From a virus (lineage: Duplodnaviria > Caudoviricetes): a stretch of DNA of 35,091 nt. A program made the position numbers and the translations under genes. The DNA is taken from positions 1 to 35,091 of IMG/VR virus record IMGVR_UViG_3300049070_000074; one strand, given 5' to 3'. Of this stretch, positions 15,464-23,814 are shown in pieces (the stretch's first letter is position 1; each line of letters starts with the position of its first letter). A model generated the notes under the pieces. It did no database searches. It worked only from the letters and a program-made list of their open reading frames with translations, and was not told the DNA's origin.

Positions 15464-16266
15464 GCTGCTACCTCTACTTCCGGTCGTGGTACGGATTCCC
15501 CGATGGGCTTGCTGTCCCGCCGCCAGTTCGTCAGACGCAGGCAGGCCAGGAAGGCGTCGTAATCGGCGTCGGTCACGCGGAACTCGATGAGCCGGTAGCC
15601 GCGCGCGTACTTGTCGGGGCGGATATGCAGGACGGCGTGGCGCTGCACCTTCGGGATCCGGTACTTCTTCGGGTCGCCGGGCAGGCCGCAGAAGTCGGCG
15701 CGACTCAGCGCGGCCAGCTGCATCGCCGTCTCCTCGTACACCGACTTCGATGTCTTGGTGTCGATGAGGAAGGTCTGGCCGTTGATGGCGGCGATGCTGT
15801 CGAAGGTGCCGCCGTACCCGTGCTCCTCGCTGAACACCATGCGCTCGAGGCTCTTGAACTCCGGCTGGTAGTCCTCGAGGAACCGCCGGTAGGCTTCGAC
15901 GTAGGGCAGGTGGTCCAGCTCGACGCTGAACTCCTGGCCGCGGCTGATCTTCTCGGCGATGGCGTGGACGGCGCTGCCGAGCTGCGCAGCGGTGTCGCGC
16001 GCGAAGTCGGGAATGGACGCCACCCACTTGCGGGCGGCTTCGTCGCCGCCGCGCTGGCGCAGGTCTTGGATGAAGTCATAGTTGTCGATGGCGCAGCGGG
16101 CGGTTTCCCGCTTCGCCCACTCGATCAGCGCCGGCTTGTCCAGAGCCTTGATGACCGACGTGACGCCGGGGAACGGGCCTGCGCCATTCCAGTAATAGCG
16201 GTGGCGGTCGTCGCGGAACAGGCCGACGGTGGGTACGCGGGTCGACGGCGTGATGACGTTGGTCAT
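15460..16266 (-). CDS. PD-(D/E)XK exonuclease (RecB/Cas4-like phage family)
   Basis: HRYY, PGVTSVI, GSAVH, E..YGGTFD, IDTKTS, QLAAL. Confidence 0.85.
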   Translation of the reverse strand: MTNVITPSTRVPTVGLFRDDRHRYYWNGAGPFPGVTSVIKALDKPALIEWAKRETARCAIDNYDFIQDLRQRGGDEAARKWVASIPDFARDTAAQLGSAVHAIAEKISRGQEFSVELDHLPYVEAYRRFLEDYQPEFKSLERMVFSEEHGYGGTFDSIAAINGQTFLIDTKTSKSVYEETAMQLAALSRADFCGLPGDPKKYRIPKVQRHAVLHIRPDKYARGYRLIEFRVTDADYDAFLACLRLTNWRRDSKPIGESVPRPEVEVAA

Positions 16267-16709
16267 GCCGCGCTCCTCCAAGTACGTCCCCGAAGGACGG
16301 CATAGATCGTGTTGGGGTGCACGCCGAACCTCCGCGCAAGCGCCACCCCTTGGGTTCCCTCAGCGGCCATCTGCCTTATCAGGCGCACATCGGATTCGGA
16401 CAGCAAAGCGTTGTAGTTCTTGCTGCCCGGGTGCATCCGTCCCTTGGCGACGGCATCAGCGAAGTTGTCAGCGTGCGTCCCGAGGAATAGGTGGTCAGGG
16501 TTCACGCAGGGTGGGTTGTCGCATCGGTGGCAGACCTCGATGCCGGGCGGAATGTCGCCACGGGTGAGTTGCCACGCGACCCGATGCGCGTACCGCGGTG
16601 TGTTGCCATCCCACCGCAGACGCCCGTAGCCATCCTTCTTGCTGGCCTGCCATTCCCAGCAGCCGGACTCCTGGACGGCCACCGTCTGCCAGAACTTGGC
16701 GGCATTCAC
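16263..16709 (-). CDS. HNH endonuclease with a C-terminal HTH
   Basis: CWEW, GYG, AHRVAW, VCHRCDNPPCVNPDHLFLGTHADN, LARRFGV. Confidence 0.9.
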   Translation of the reverse strand: MNAAKFWQTVAVQESGCWEWQASKKDGYGRLRWDGNTPRYAHRVAWQLTRGDIPPGIEVCHRCDNPPCVNPDHLFLGTHADNFADAVAKGRMHPGSKNYNALLSESDVRLIRQMAAEGTQGVALARRFGVHPNTIYAVLRGRTWRSAA

Positions 16710-16921
16710 GCAGCCACCGAGCCTTCATAGACTGCCGCGGCAAACCGCTCGTCATGGCAGCTGCACCGCTCGTTGTCACACCATTCGCATCGGACGTTTG
16801 GCTCGCCGCGTTCAACGGCCAACCACTCGCAGGAACAGGTGGAACAGGCGTATTGGCAGAATCCAAAGTAGAGATGCCACGACGCCTCGACGCCGATGGG
16901 CTGCGGAACCTTGATCGTCAC
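16706..16921 (-). CDS. Cys-rich small protein
   Basis: Multiple CxxC motifs; GTGA coupling. Confidence 0.5.
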   Translation of the reverse strand: MTIKVPQPIGVEASWHLYFGFCQYACSTCSCEWLAVERGEPNVRCEWCDNERCSCHDERFAAAVYEGSVAA

Positions 16922-17643
16922 GGCAACGCCTCGCGTCCCACCGCGCACATGCGCTCCAGCAGGTCCTCGGCGGAGGCCGTCAGCTCCTTGACCGTCTCGG
17001 CGAGCGCCGCATCAATCAGCGGGCGGGCGGCCTTGTACGCCGCGTCGTACTGCGCGCTATAGCCCTTCTTCTTGGAAGCGGCGGCCCGAGCGGCGGCCCA
17101 AGCGGCGGCCCGAGCGGCGGCCCAAGCGGCGTCCCAAGCGGCGGCCCGAGCGGCGGCCCAAGCGGCGTCCCAAACGGCGGCCCAAGCGGCGTATGACGCT
17201 TTGCGGGCATCGTCGATGATCGGCTGCGCCCGTCGCGCGAGGTCCGTGCTAGTCAGCTCATTGAGTCCTCGCAGCCTGATGGCGTGCTCGGTCAGCCCAG
17301 CCTTGTCCAGCCAGGTCGGGGTGAAGGTCCGCACCAGCCAGTCGGTCGCCAGCCACACACGCCGCTCCTCGTCGGCCGGCGTGGTGCGCGTCTCGATCAT
17401 GGTCGGGATAAAGCGCTTGAGCCGCTGTCGCTCGGTATCGGGCAGCGAATCGTTCCAGGACCGCCCGAAAGCGGCGATCACCGGCGACACGCATTGCGGA
17501 GCATCGCTGAACGGCTGGCCCTGAACGTAGGACACGGCCTCCAGCAGGCACATCCCCTTCTCCGGGGACGAGTGCCAACCGGACTCCAGCTTCAGGCCCC
17601 GGATGAAACTGCGCCAGTTCTTGAGGCGCGGGGTGGCAGTCAT
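16918..17643 (-). CDS. Phage protein with AAW/AAR tetrapeptide repeats
   Basis: MCLLEAVS...FSDAPQCVSPVIAAFGRSWND N-terminal domain; repeat region. Confidence 0.75.
   Translation of the reverse strand: MTATPRLKNWRSFIRGLKLESGWHSSPEKGMCLLEAVSYVQGQPFSDAPQCVSPVIAAFGRSWNDSLPDTERQRLKRFIPTMIETRTTPADEERRVWLATDWLVRTFTPTWLDKAGLTEHAIRLRGLNELTSTDLARRAQPIIDDARKASYAAWAAVWDAAWAAARAAAWDAAWAAARAAAWAAARAAASKKKGYSAQYDAAYKAARPLIDAALAETVKELTASAEDLLERMCAVGREALP
17077..17196. repeat. 10 x 12-bp tandem coding repeat (AGCGGCG[G/T]CCC[A/G])
   Basis: Read directly from the sequence. Confidence 0.9.
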
Positions 17644-17654
17644 GTTTGCTCCAG

Positions 17655-17837
17655 TCACGTCGACCACCCGAGCCACAGCAGGAATGGGATGCCGAAGAAC
17701 AGAGCCAGGAACACCACCACACCCAGCACGATCTCGCCGCCGTCCTTGGCGTGATCCCTCCAGCTGGCCTTGTATGGCGCGGCCTGCTGATACATCGGGT
17801 GGTAGGCGCGGCAACGGCGACAGTAGCGACCGTTCAC
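17655..17837 (-). CDS. Small protein with CxxC and a C-terminal TM
   Basis: GTG at 17837; hydrophobic tail. Confidence 0.6.
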   Translation of the reverse strand: MNGRYCRRCRAYHPMYQQAAPYKASWRDHAKDGGEIVLGVVVFLALFFGIPFLLWLGWST

Positions 17838-18013
17838 GCTGCGTCCTCCGGCGTCCACTCGGACATGTCCTTCGGCGGCAGGCCCTTGGTCTGCATCCGC
17901 TGGATCCAGACGGGCTTGCGCTCCCGCCGGAACGGGATGACAACGCCGCCGCTGACCGGCTGGCGGTGCTTCTTCTCGATGCGGTCGAGGATGGGTGTAG
18001 GGCTTCCGTTCAT
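17834..18013 (-). CDS. Hypothetical protein
   Basis: MNGSPTP... from an ATGA overlap. Confidence 0.55.
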   Translation of the reverse strand: MNGSPTPILDRIEKKHRQPVSGGVVIPFRRERKPVWIQRMQTKGLPPKDMSEWTPEDAA

Positions 18014-18210
18014 GACTCCACCTCGTAGATCGGAAGGGAGCAGTTGGCGCAATGGAGAGTTGTCTGCGCGAAGCACCACTCGGCCTCGCAGGCGTCCGCG
18101 CGGTCGCAACTAGTCGTGTCCTTGGCGTGACGGTAGAACGTCACCAAGCGCGGATCGGCGTAATCGCCGCCGGCTCCGTCTTCGGGGTTTCGGATCGGTG
18201 TCGGGTTCAT
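18010..18210 (-). CDS. Hypothetical zinc-binding protein
   Basis: AAAGGAG RBS; C..C..C..HCANC. Confidence 0.65.
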   Translation of the reverse strand: MNPTPIRNPEDGAGGDYADPRLVTFYRHAKDTTSCDRADACEAEWCFAQTTLHCANCSLPIYEVES

Positions 18211-18272
18211 CTACAATCTCCTTTGCTGGACCCGTCGCGTGCCTGTCTCCAACAGATGCGGCGGGTCCGGTG

Positions 18273-18518
18273 CTATGCCGCCAGCGGGGCGGCGCTGATG
18301 TCGCTGGCCCACCGTCGAGCGGTGTTGCCGATGGCTGCGAAGGTCGTGTTGATGCGATCCACCGCATCGAGGTACGCGCCCCAGTCGTCCTGTACGTGCG
18401 CCGCATGGGCGCGCACCAGGTACACCCTCCCCTCTTGGGCCAACGCCACGATGTCGTTCGCGGCATCCAGCGCCTTCGATTCAGGGATGGCTCGGATCAC
18501 GCTGAAGCGCCGGTCCAC
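18273..18518 (-). CDS. Hypothetical helical protein
   Basis: Abuts the HTH gene; AAGGAGG upstream. Confidence 0.6.
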   Translation of the reverse strand: MDRRFSVIRAIPESKALDAANDIVALAQEGRVYLVRAHAAHVQDDWGAYLDAVDRINTTFAAIGNTARRWASDISAAPLAA

Positions 18519-18689
18519 CTACGCAGCCTCCTTGACGGCGACGCGCTGGACCCTGATGCCGAACGCATCCATCCGCCGGTACAGCGTCCGTTCGCTGACC
18601 TTGAGCGCGTCAGCGGCCTTGGCGACCGTTCCCTCGCGCTCGATGGCCGCCAGGATCTGCTCGGCGGTGATGGCCTTCGTCATCTGCAT
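18519..18689 (-). CDS. Fis/NtrC-type HTH regulator (Cro-like role), probably leaderless
   Basis: ILAAIEREGTVAKAADALKVSERTLYRRM; ATG at 18689 (or 18683). Confidence 0.8.
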   Translation of the reverse strand: MQMTKAITAEQILAAIEREGTVAKAADALKVSERTLYRRMDAFGIRVQRVAVKEAA

Positions 18690-18756
18690 GGCAGTAATCT
18701 GCCACAGATGGCAGAAATGTGTCAAGCCCTATTTTTGATGCGGCAGATGTCTGCCA
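18689..18756. promoter_or_regulatory. Early promoter (minus strand, TTGACA-N18-CAGATT) with three TGGCAG-N4-CTGCCA operators
   Basis: Operators at 18689-18704, 18709-18724 and 18741-18756; -35 at 18720-18725; -10 at 18696-18701. Confidence 0.7.
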
Positions 18757-18766
18757 AAGTGCGACG

Positions 18767-19168
18767 ATGCCGGACGTGCAACAGCTCCTCGCGTTGGCGA
18801 ACGGCGCGGCGCTGCTGTGGAACGGATGGCGACCGATAGCGTGGGGCATGCTCATTGTGTTCATCAGCGTCGCCTTCTGGCCGCAGCTGTGGGTTGACTG
18901 GATCGCCGTAGTCCGCGCCTCGAGCGACGCACATCCGCTGGCGGACTGGCTCCTCCCCCGCTTAGCGATTGCCGTGGCGCTGGTGCTCGTCGGCCGCTGG
19001 CGCGGCTGGCGCTGGACGGTGCCGCTGGCGGTCATGCTGGCGCAGCCCATCCTGTGGTACACGTCCTTCGCCATCCTGACGGGCTGGGTGTGGCTGCTCA
19101 GGCAGTCAGGTCAACCGTCAGGTCGTACTGCTTCAGCGATGCAGCCGTCAACGTCCCCCGGTAGTTGA
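18767..19168 (+). CDS. Membrane protein resembling the C-terminal part of GT87/DUF2029 glycosyltransferases (5'-truncated or relic)
   Basis: LLW..WR...WPQLWVDW...LPRLAIAVALV...WTVPLAVMLAQPILW; about 4 TM segments; recognised from memory of the family. Confidence 0.5.
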   Translation: MPDVQQLLALANGAALLWNGWRPIAWGMLIVFISVAFWPQLWVDWIAVVRASSDAHPLADWLLPRLAIAVALVLVGRWRGWRWTVPLAVMLAQPILWYTSFAILTGWVWLLRQSGQPSGRTASAMQPSTSPGS

Positions 19169-20225
19169 CCACCGTCAGGGTGGCGTCGCCGGTGGCGAAG
19201 ATGTCGCCGTAACCGCCGTCGTCGTTAGTGGTGTCGATGTACTGCGGCGCGCTCCACGTCGTCCCGCGGTCAGGGCTGAACCAGACGGCGTTGCGGCGGC
19301 CCTGCGAGTTGCCAGGGTCGGTCTGGACGTAGCCGACCATGACGAGGTTTGGATCCTTCCACCAGCCCGCCTCGCCGCGCAGGTGCATGCGGGTGTAGAC
19401 CCGGTTCCGCCCGAGGATGTCGGTGCTGCTGGTCACGTTGTCAAGGCTGCCCCAGGTGGCTCCCATGTCGGTGCTGACGCGCCGGTAGCCCGCGTTATGG
19501 GCGAGGCTGCGGAGCATGGCGATGATGGTCGAGTTGCCGACGTACTCGATGCCGACCTCGATGCAGGCCGTCTCGGAAGGGCCGGTGATGTCGCTGACGT
19601 ACTCCCACGCCGCCACGTCTAGGTCGGGCGTCGCGTTCTTGACGAGGCTCATGTAGCAGTCGGTGTAGGACGCGCCGTTGTAGGTCCGCACGCCGGCGTA
19701 GGTCACGCCGTTGTACACGAAGTCGTCATCGGTCTGGAAGGTGTTAGTGCTCGACAGGCTGCCGCCGGTCCACGCCAGCTTGCCCTCCTCGACCCACTCA
19801 TGCGCTGCGGGGTCGTAGCGGAACTGGTAGGAGCCGTTGTTGCTGCTACCGTAGTTCACCCGCCAGGTATGCAGCACCAGGTCGCCGTTGGGCGCAACGT
19901 ACAGCCACGGCTCGCCAGCATCCTCGCCGGCGCCGGCGGCGGACGGGATGATGTCGGGGATGACGTTGGCGTCGAGGTCGGTGTCCTCCGCCGTCCACGT
20001 CGCGCCGTCGTCATCGGACATAATGGTGTGGCAAAAGCCATCGTTGGTAACGTGGCCGGTGGAGCGGTAGTAGACGAGGACCAGCACGCCGTCCGGCCGG
20101 CGCTTGACCGCGGACCGCCCCCACCAGTCAGCGCCGCCACCGGAGCCGAGGGTCGTGGTCGTGTCAACAGTAATGCTTGGGTTCCACGGGGCGACGGTCC
20201 CGCCACCGCTGCCGCCCGATAGCAT
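19098..20225 (-). CDS. BNR/Asp-box beta-propeller (sialidase-like) receptor-binding tail protein
   Basis: SDDDGATW, STDMGATW, SPDRGTTW; last gene of the tail module. Confidence 0.75.
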   Translation of the reverse strand: MLSGGSGGGTVAPWNPSITVDTTTTLGSGGGADWWGRSAVKRRPDGVLVLVYYRSTGHVTNDGFCHTIMSDDDGATWTAEDTDLDANVIPDIIPSAAGAGEDAGEPWLYVAPNGDLVLHTWRVNYGSSNNGSYQFRYDPAAHEWVEEGKLAWTGGSLSSTNTFQTDDDFVYNGVTYAGVRTYNGASYTDCYMSLVKNATPDLDVAAWEYVSDITGPSETACIEVGIEYVGNSTIIAMLRSLAHNAGYRRVSTDMGATWGSLDNVTSSTDILGRNRVYTRMHLRGEAGWWKDPNLVMVGYVQTDPGNSQGRRNAVWFSPDRGTTWSAPQYIDTTNDDGGYGDIFATGDATLTVVNYRGTLTAASLKQYDLTVDLTA

Positions 20226-20929
20226 CAGGCGGTCAGCTTGGAGATGCGGATGAAGCCTGGCATGGTGTTGCCGCTGCCGCCAGCACCAGCGGTGATCAGT
20301 GCGGTGCCGGTGCTGACCGTGGCGCGGATGGAATAGGTATGCGAGGCGTTGCTCGGAGTGAGACGGCGCACGATATATACAGGGCCGGCGCTGGCGTGAG
20401 TGCTGCCTGACTGGTTTATCACGCCTAGCTTGCCGATGGAACTGCTGCCGTCGTATAGCCAGAAGTTGAGCTTGGCGTCGCTCGTGATCTGAGCGCGAGC
20501 GAGCGGCGAGAAGAACTCGACGATGGCGATGGTCGAGCCGTCGAAGCTGACCGCGCCGGCCGTGACGACGGTATCGGCTGAAGCTTCCGCCGTCTGTGTC
20601 GGGCTGACGTTGCCGGTGAACTCCACGTAGTTGACCTCATATGGAGTCCCGGCATTGCCTCCGCCCGCCTCGGCGCGGAACTCCACGCCGCCCGCGCCGT
20701 CTGGCGCGAGGACCAGCGTGTCGTCGGTCTCGGCAGTCGGCAGGTCGAGGATGTCGGCCACGTTGCCGCCGATGTCGGTAACCGCGCCCGCCGAATCCTT
20801 GACGTGCAGCTGAGCGTCCTCGCCCAGGAACAGGCGCCGATAGTCGGCGGCGGGGTTGGTGAAGTCGGAGCCGTCGTTGGCCGACTCGCGGATGGTCATA
20901 CCGTGGAGCAGGGCGTCCTTGAAGGTCAT
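20225..20929 (-). CDS. Minor tail / fibre protein
   Basis: Gly/Thr-rich, beta-sandwich-like C-terminus; position in the tail module. Confidence 0.65.
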   Translation of the reverse strand: MTFKDALLHGMTIRESANDGSDFTNPAADYRRLFLGEDAQLHVKDSAGAVTDIGGNVADILDLPTAETDDTLVLAPDGAGGVEFRAEAGGGNAGTPYEVNYVEFTGNVSPTQTAEASADTVVTAGAVSFDGSTIAIVEFFSPLARAQITSDAKLNFWLYDGSSSIGKLGVINQSGSTHASAGPVYIVRRLTPSNASHTYSIRATVSTGTALITAGAGGSGNTMPGFIRISKLTA

Positions 20930-20940
20930 CGGGTTGTCTC

Positions 20941-23811
20941 CTATACGTCGGTGTACAGCAGCCCGATGCCTTCATCGGGTTGCAAGATGTCAGCGAAGTC
21001 GATCGGGCTGGTGGCGTCGTCGGCGATGAGCAGCGCCCCCACCGCCCCGGTGGACGGGTGAACATGATCCGAACGGCTGGCGTCCGTCGAGATGCCCGGG
21101 TCGCCAGCACCGGAGATGGCCAGCGGCGTGTCGTCGGACAGGCTGGCCATCCCGCCACCACCGCCGTCGCCGAACCAGACGGTCCCGCCGTCCATCGTGA
21201 ACAGCGTCACCCAGTTCCAGGCGTCCTCGTCCATCTCGAGGACCGGCGCAGCTCCGCCGATCCACTCCACGCTGCCCGGCCAGGTGACCTCCCACGGGGC
21301 GCCGCTGCCCTGCCGCAGCAGGACGTACATGTAGCAGCCGACGCCGTTGGTCGCGCCGGCGAGGGTGACGGTGCAGTCGGCGGTGAGCGTGACGTCGTGG
21401 ACGTTGCCGGACGCCAAGCTCAGGGTTTCGGTGGCGCCCGCAGCGGCGACCACGTTGATGGTGTGCTTCTCGCCGCCGTCGGTGCGGAGGTACTGCGGAT
21501 GGTCGTCGTCGCCGAGTCCGGTCAGGTCGCCGTGGTCGACCACCGCCTCCTCACCGGCGGTGGAGGTATCCGGCACGCCCCACCACTGGATGTAGGGTGA
21601 GCTGGCGTCATCGAAGATGATCTGCCCAACTGCCCCCGCCGAACGGGTGGCGTCCGTGTCAGCCTCGCCTGCGACGGCGGAGGTATAGAGGTAATCCAAG
21701 TCCGCAGCCCCGGACGCCCCGTTGACCGGGAAGCGGACCAGCCCTTCCCACAGGACCACGCCCACCGCGTCAGCGGCCACACCCTCGGTCATCACGCCGA
21801 CACGCTGCGCGGTCTGCGCGGCATCGGTGGTGGTGGTCACAGCGGCCCCATCGGTATACGACGGATCGGCGATGACCACGTCGCCAGCGTTGAGGGTCGC
21901 GCCGGAGTTGTTCACCACGCGGCCCTTGAGGGCCGTCGTCAGATGCTGGTCGTCGTTGTCGAAGCGCGGGTCATCGCTGCGTGCGAAGAACGGTGACTCG
22001 CCACCGGAGCCGGGCGGGATGCAGAACTCGTCATTGTCGGGGACATCGGCGGGGTCGACTTCGCTGATGGTGCCGATGTAGCGGACACCGCCCAGCCGGT
22101 TGCCGATCTTGACGCGGGCACGATCGTAGCCGGTCGGGACGGTTTCCGTCGTTGAGTGGGTGACGTTGATGCAGCCGACGTTGTGGTACCGCTGGTCGAC
22201 GATCTGATGGCTGATGATCGGCAGCCCAGGCGCCGCCCGCTCGAACTCCAGGTAAGCCTGGTAGTTGTAGTTGTCGACGTTCTCCCACGAGTCATTGCCC
22301 GTTTCCTCGCGGAACTCAACCGCACCGCGGATGATGTCGCCTGCCGACACGACGACCTGCGAGGACGAGCCGCCGCTGGCGCCCATCGACATGTGGTGAT
22401 CGCCGCCCCAGCAGCTGCCCGTCGTGACATCGCTGCCCGGCCAGTTCAGCGGGCTGCTGGTCGAGTCGGACAGGACCGTGACCACGTCATCCGGGACGGG
22501 GATGCACTCCGGCGCCGGCTTGGGGCTGGTGGCGGCGGGCTGCGCGTGGCCGCCACCGCTTCCGCCGCCGCCGCGACCCTTACGCGGGCGCTCCAGATTG
22601 AGGTGCAGCCAGTACAGCTCGTCCGCGGCCGGCTCGACGATGACCTGCGCCACCCGGCGCCACTTGAAGGTTTCCTTGTCGGCGCCGGTATTGACGACGA
22701 CGCTCTTGATCTCGATGGCCTGCCCAGCGCGGACGAGATGCGCCTGCGCGGCCTTGACCAGGATGCTGACCTTGTTGGACTGGTACGGGTTCTTGTGCTT
22801 GTTCAGGTATGTGGTGGCGTGGCGGGTAGCGCCGCCCTCGGTTCGCGTCTCGTCGTCATTACGAACTGCGACCCACGTCTCGGCGTCCTCCGGCGCCGCG
22901 CCAGTCTCGACGTACACCGTCCTCGGGTCGTCGTTGGTCCCGCCGTAGATGTTGATGACGCCGCTGTACGTCTCCATGAAGTCAGACTCGCGGCCAGCAC
23001 CCTGCATCCAATGAGGCTCAAAGGTGGGCGCCGTTTCGTCATCGGGGTCATAGTCAGCGAGGTCATCGCTGATCCGTACTGCTGTCTGCCAGCGGTCGAG
23101 ATCCTCAGTATCCACGTAGAGGAGACACTTATGGGTGCTGCCGGCGGTGTCGTGCAGGACCACGCCCCACTGCTTGCCGGCCTCCTCGGCGATGTGGGCG
23201 ATGACATCGTTGACCTCGGTACCCTCTGGGTAGGTCCACGCCTCCATATCGACCGGCGTGTTGTGCTCGGCGAGGTGGCCGTTGGCGAAAGAATCGAAGG
23301 TAATGTCGGTGGTAATGCGGAACAGGTTGGGCGCGGTGCTGGCCGAGCCGGACAGCTTGCGCTCGAATAGCGCCTCCAGCCGCTCGATGTCCGTTTCCGC
23401 CGGCCGCTCCCACGCGCTGCGGAATGGGATACCGCGCAGGTCGATGTTGCAGTCCGACAGCTGGGGTAGGTGCTCGACATCATCGCCACCGATATAGACC
23501 CCGCGTCGTTCTACGTCACGGCTGGTGAAGCGCATCCAGGCCAGCGTCAGCTCGTCGCCACTCGCGTCCTCGGTCAGCCGTACCTCCGCCCACGGAAGGA
23601 TCTTGAAGCCGCTGGTCGACTCGACGCCGTTGGGATCCACGACACGGAACTCACCGCCGGCGGCAGCGCCATCGCTCCACTGCTGGCCCATCCTGACCAG
23701 CGGCGTGTTCTGATCGAAGAACGGCGCGCCCTTGCGCGCAGTGAAGGCGTTGGCGAAGTCAACTTCGGTCGCCGACCCACCACCCTGTCGGACAAGAATC
23801 TTGGTTGTCAT
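20941..23811 (-). CDS. Large multidomain tail tip/hub-fibre protein
   Basis: Directly follows the TMP; hub-like N-terminal ~410 aa, Gly linker, fibre modules (NNSGATLNAGDVV, HGDLTGLGDDDHPQYL, VTWPGSVEWIGGAAP, ASRSDHVHP). Confidence 0.75.
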   Translation of the reverse strand: MTTKILVRQGGGSATEVDFANAFTARKGAPFFDQNTPLVRMGQQWSDGAAAGGEFRVVDPNGVESTSGFKILPWAEVRLTEDASGDELTLAWMRFTSRDVERRGVYIGGDDVEHLPQLSDCNIDLRGIPFRSAWERPAETDIERLEALFERKLSGSASTAPNLFRITTDITFDSFANGHLAEHNTPVDMEAWTYPEGTEVNDVIAHIAEEAGKQWGVVLHDTAGSTHKCLLYVDTEDLDRWQTAVRISDDLADYDPDDETAPTFEPHWMQGAGRESDFMETYSGVINIYGGTNDDPRTVYVETGAAPEDAETWVAVRNDDETRTEGGATRHATTYLNKHKNPYQSNKVSILVKAAQAHLVRAGQAIEIKSVVVNTGADKETFKWRRVAQVIVEPAADELYWLHLNLERPRKGRGGGGSGGGHAQPAATSPKPAPECIPVPDDVVTVLSDSTSSPLNWPGSDVTTGSCWGGDHHMSMGASGGSSSQVVVSAGDIIRGAVEFREETGNDSWENVDNYNYQAYLEFERAAPGLPIISHQIVDQRYHNVGCINVTHSTTETVPTGYDRARVKIGNRLGGVRYIGTISEVDPADVPDNDEFCIPPGSGGESPFFARSDDPRFDNDDQHLTTALKGRVVNNSGATLNAGDVVIADPSYTDGAAVTTTTDAAQTAQRVGVMTEGVAADAVGVVLWEGLVRFPVNGASGAADLDYLYTSAVAGEADTDATRSAGAVGQIIFDDASSPYIQWWGVPDTSTAGEEAVVDHGDLTGLGDDDHPQYLRTDGGEKHTINVVAAAGATETLSLASGNVHDVTLTADCTVTLAGATNGVGCYMYVLLRQGSGAPWEVTWPGSVEWIGGAAPVLEMDEDAWNWVTLFTMDGGTVWFGDGGGGGMASLSDDTPLAISGAGDPGISTDASRSDHVHPSTGAVGALLIADDATSPIDFADILQPDEGIGLLYTDV

Positions 23812-23814
23812 GGG

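Noticed and set aside
15464-16027. N-terminal extensions in the ORF track (15065-16027, 16918-17943, 9958-12330, 14105-14830, 12180-12704)
   Set aside because: They overlap upstream genes in another frame; starts at (A/G)TGA junctions or downstream ATGs fit better
15460-16266. Cas4 as part of a CRISPR adaptation module
   Set aside because: No Fe-S Cys set, no cas1/cas2 and no array; an ordinary phage exonuclease
17077-17196. Possible CRISPR array
   Set aside because: Contiguous 12-bp units with no spacers; in-frame coding repeat
19098-23811. Diversity-generating retroelement or invertible tail cassette
   Set aside because: No reverse transcriptase, TR/VR pair or invertase seen in the window
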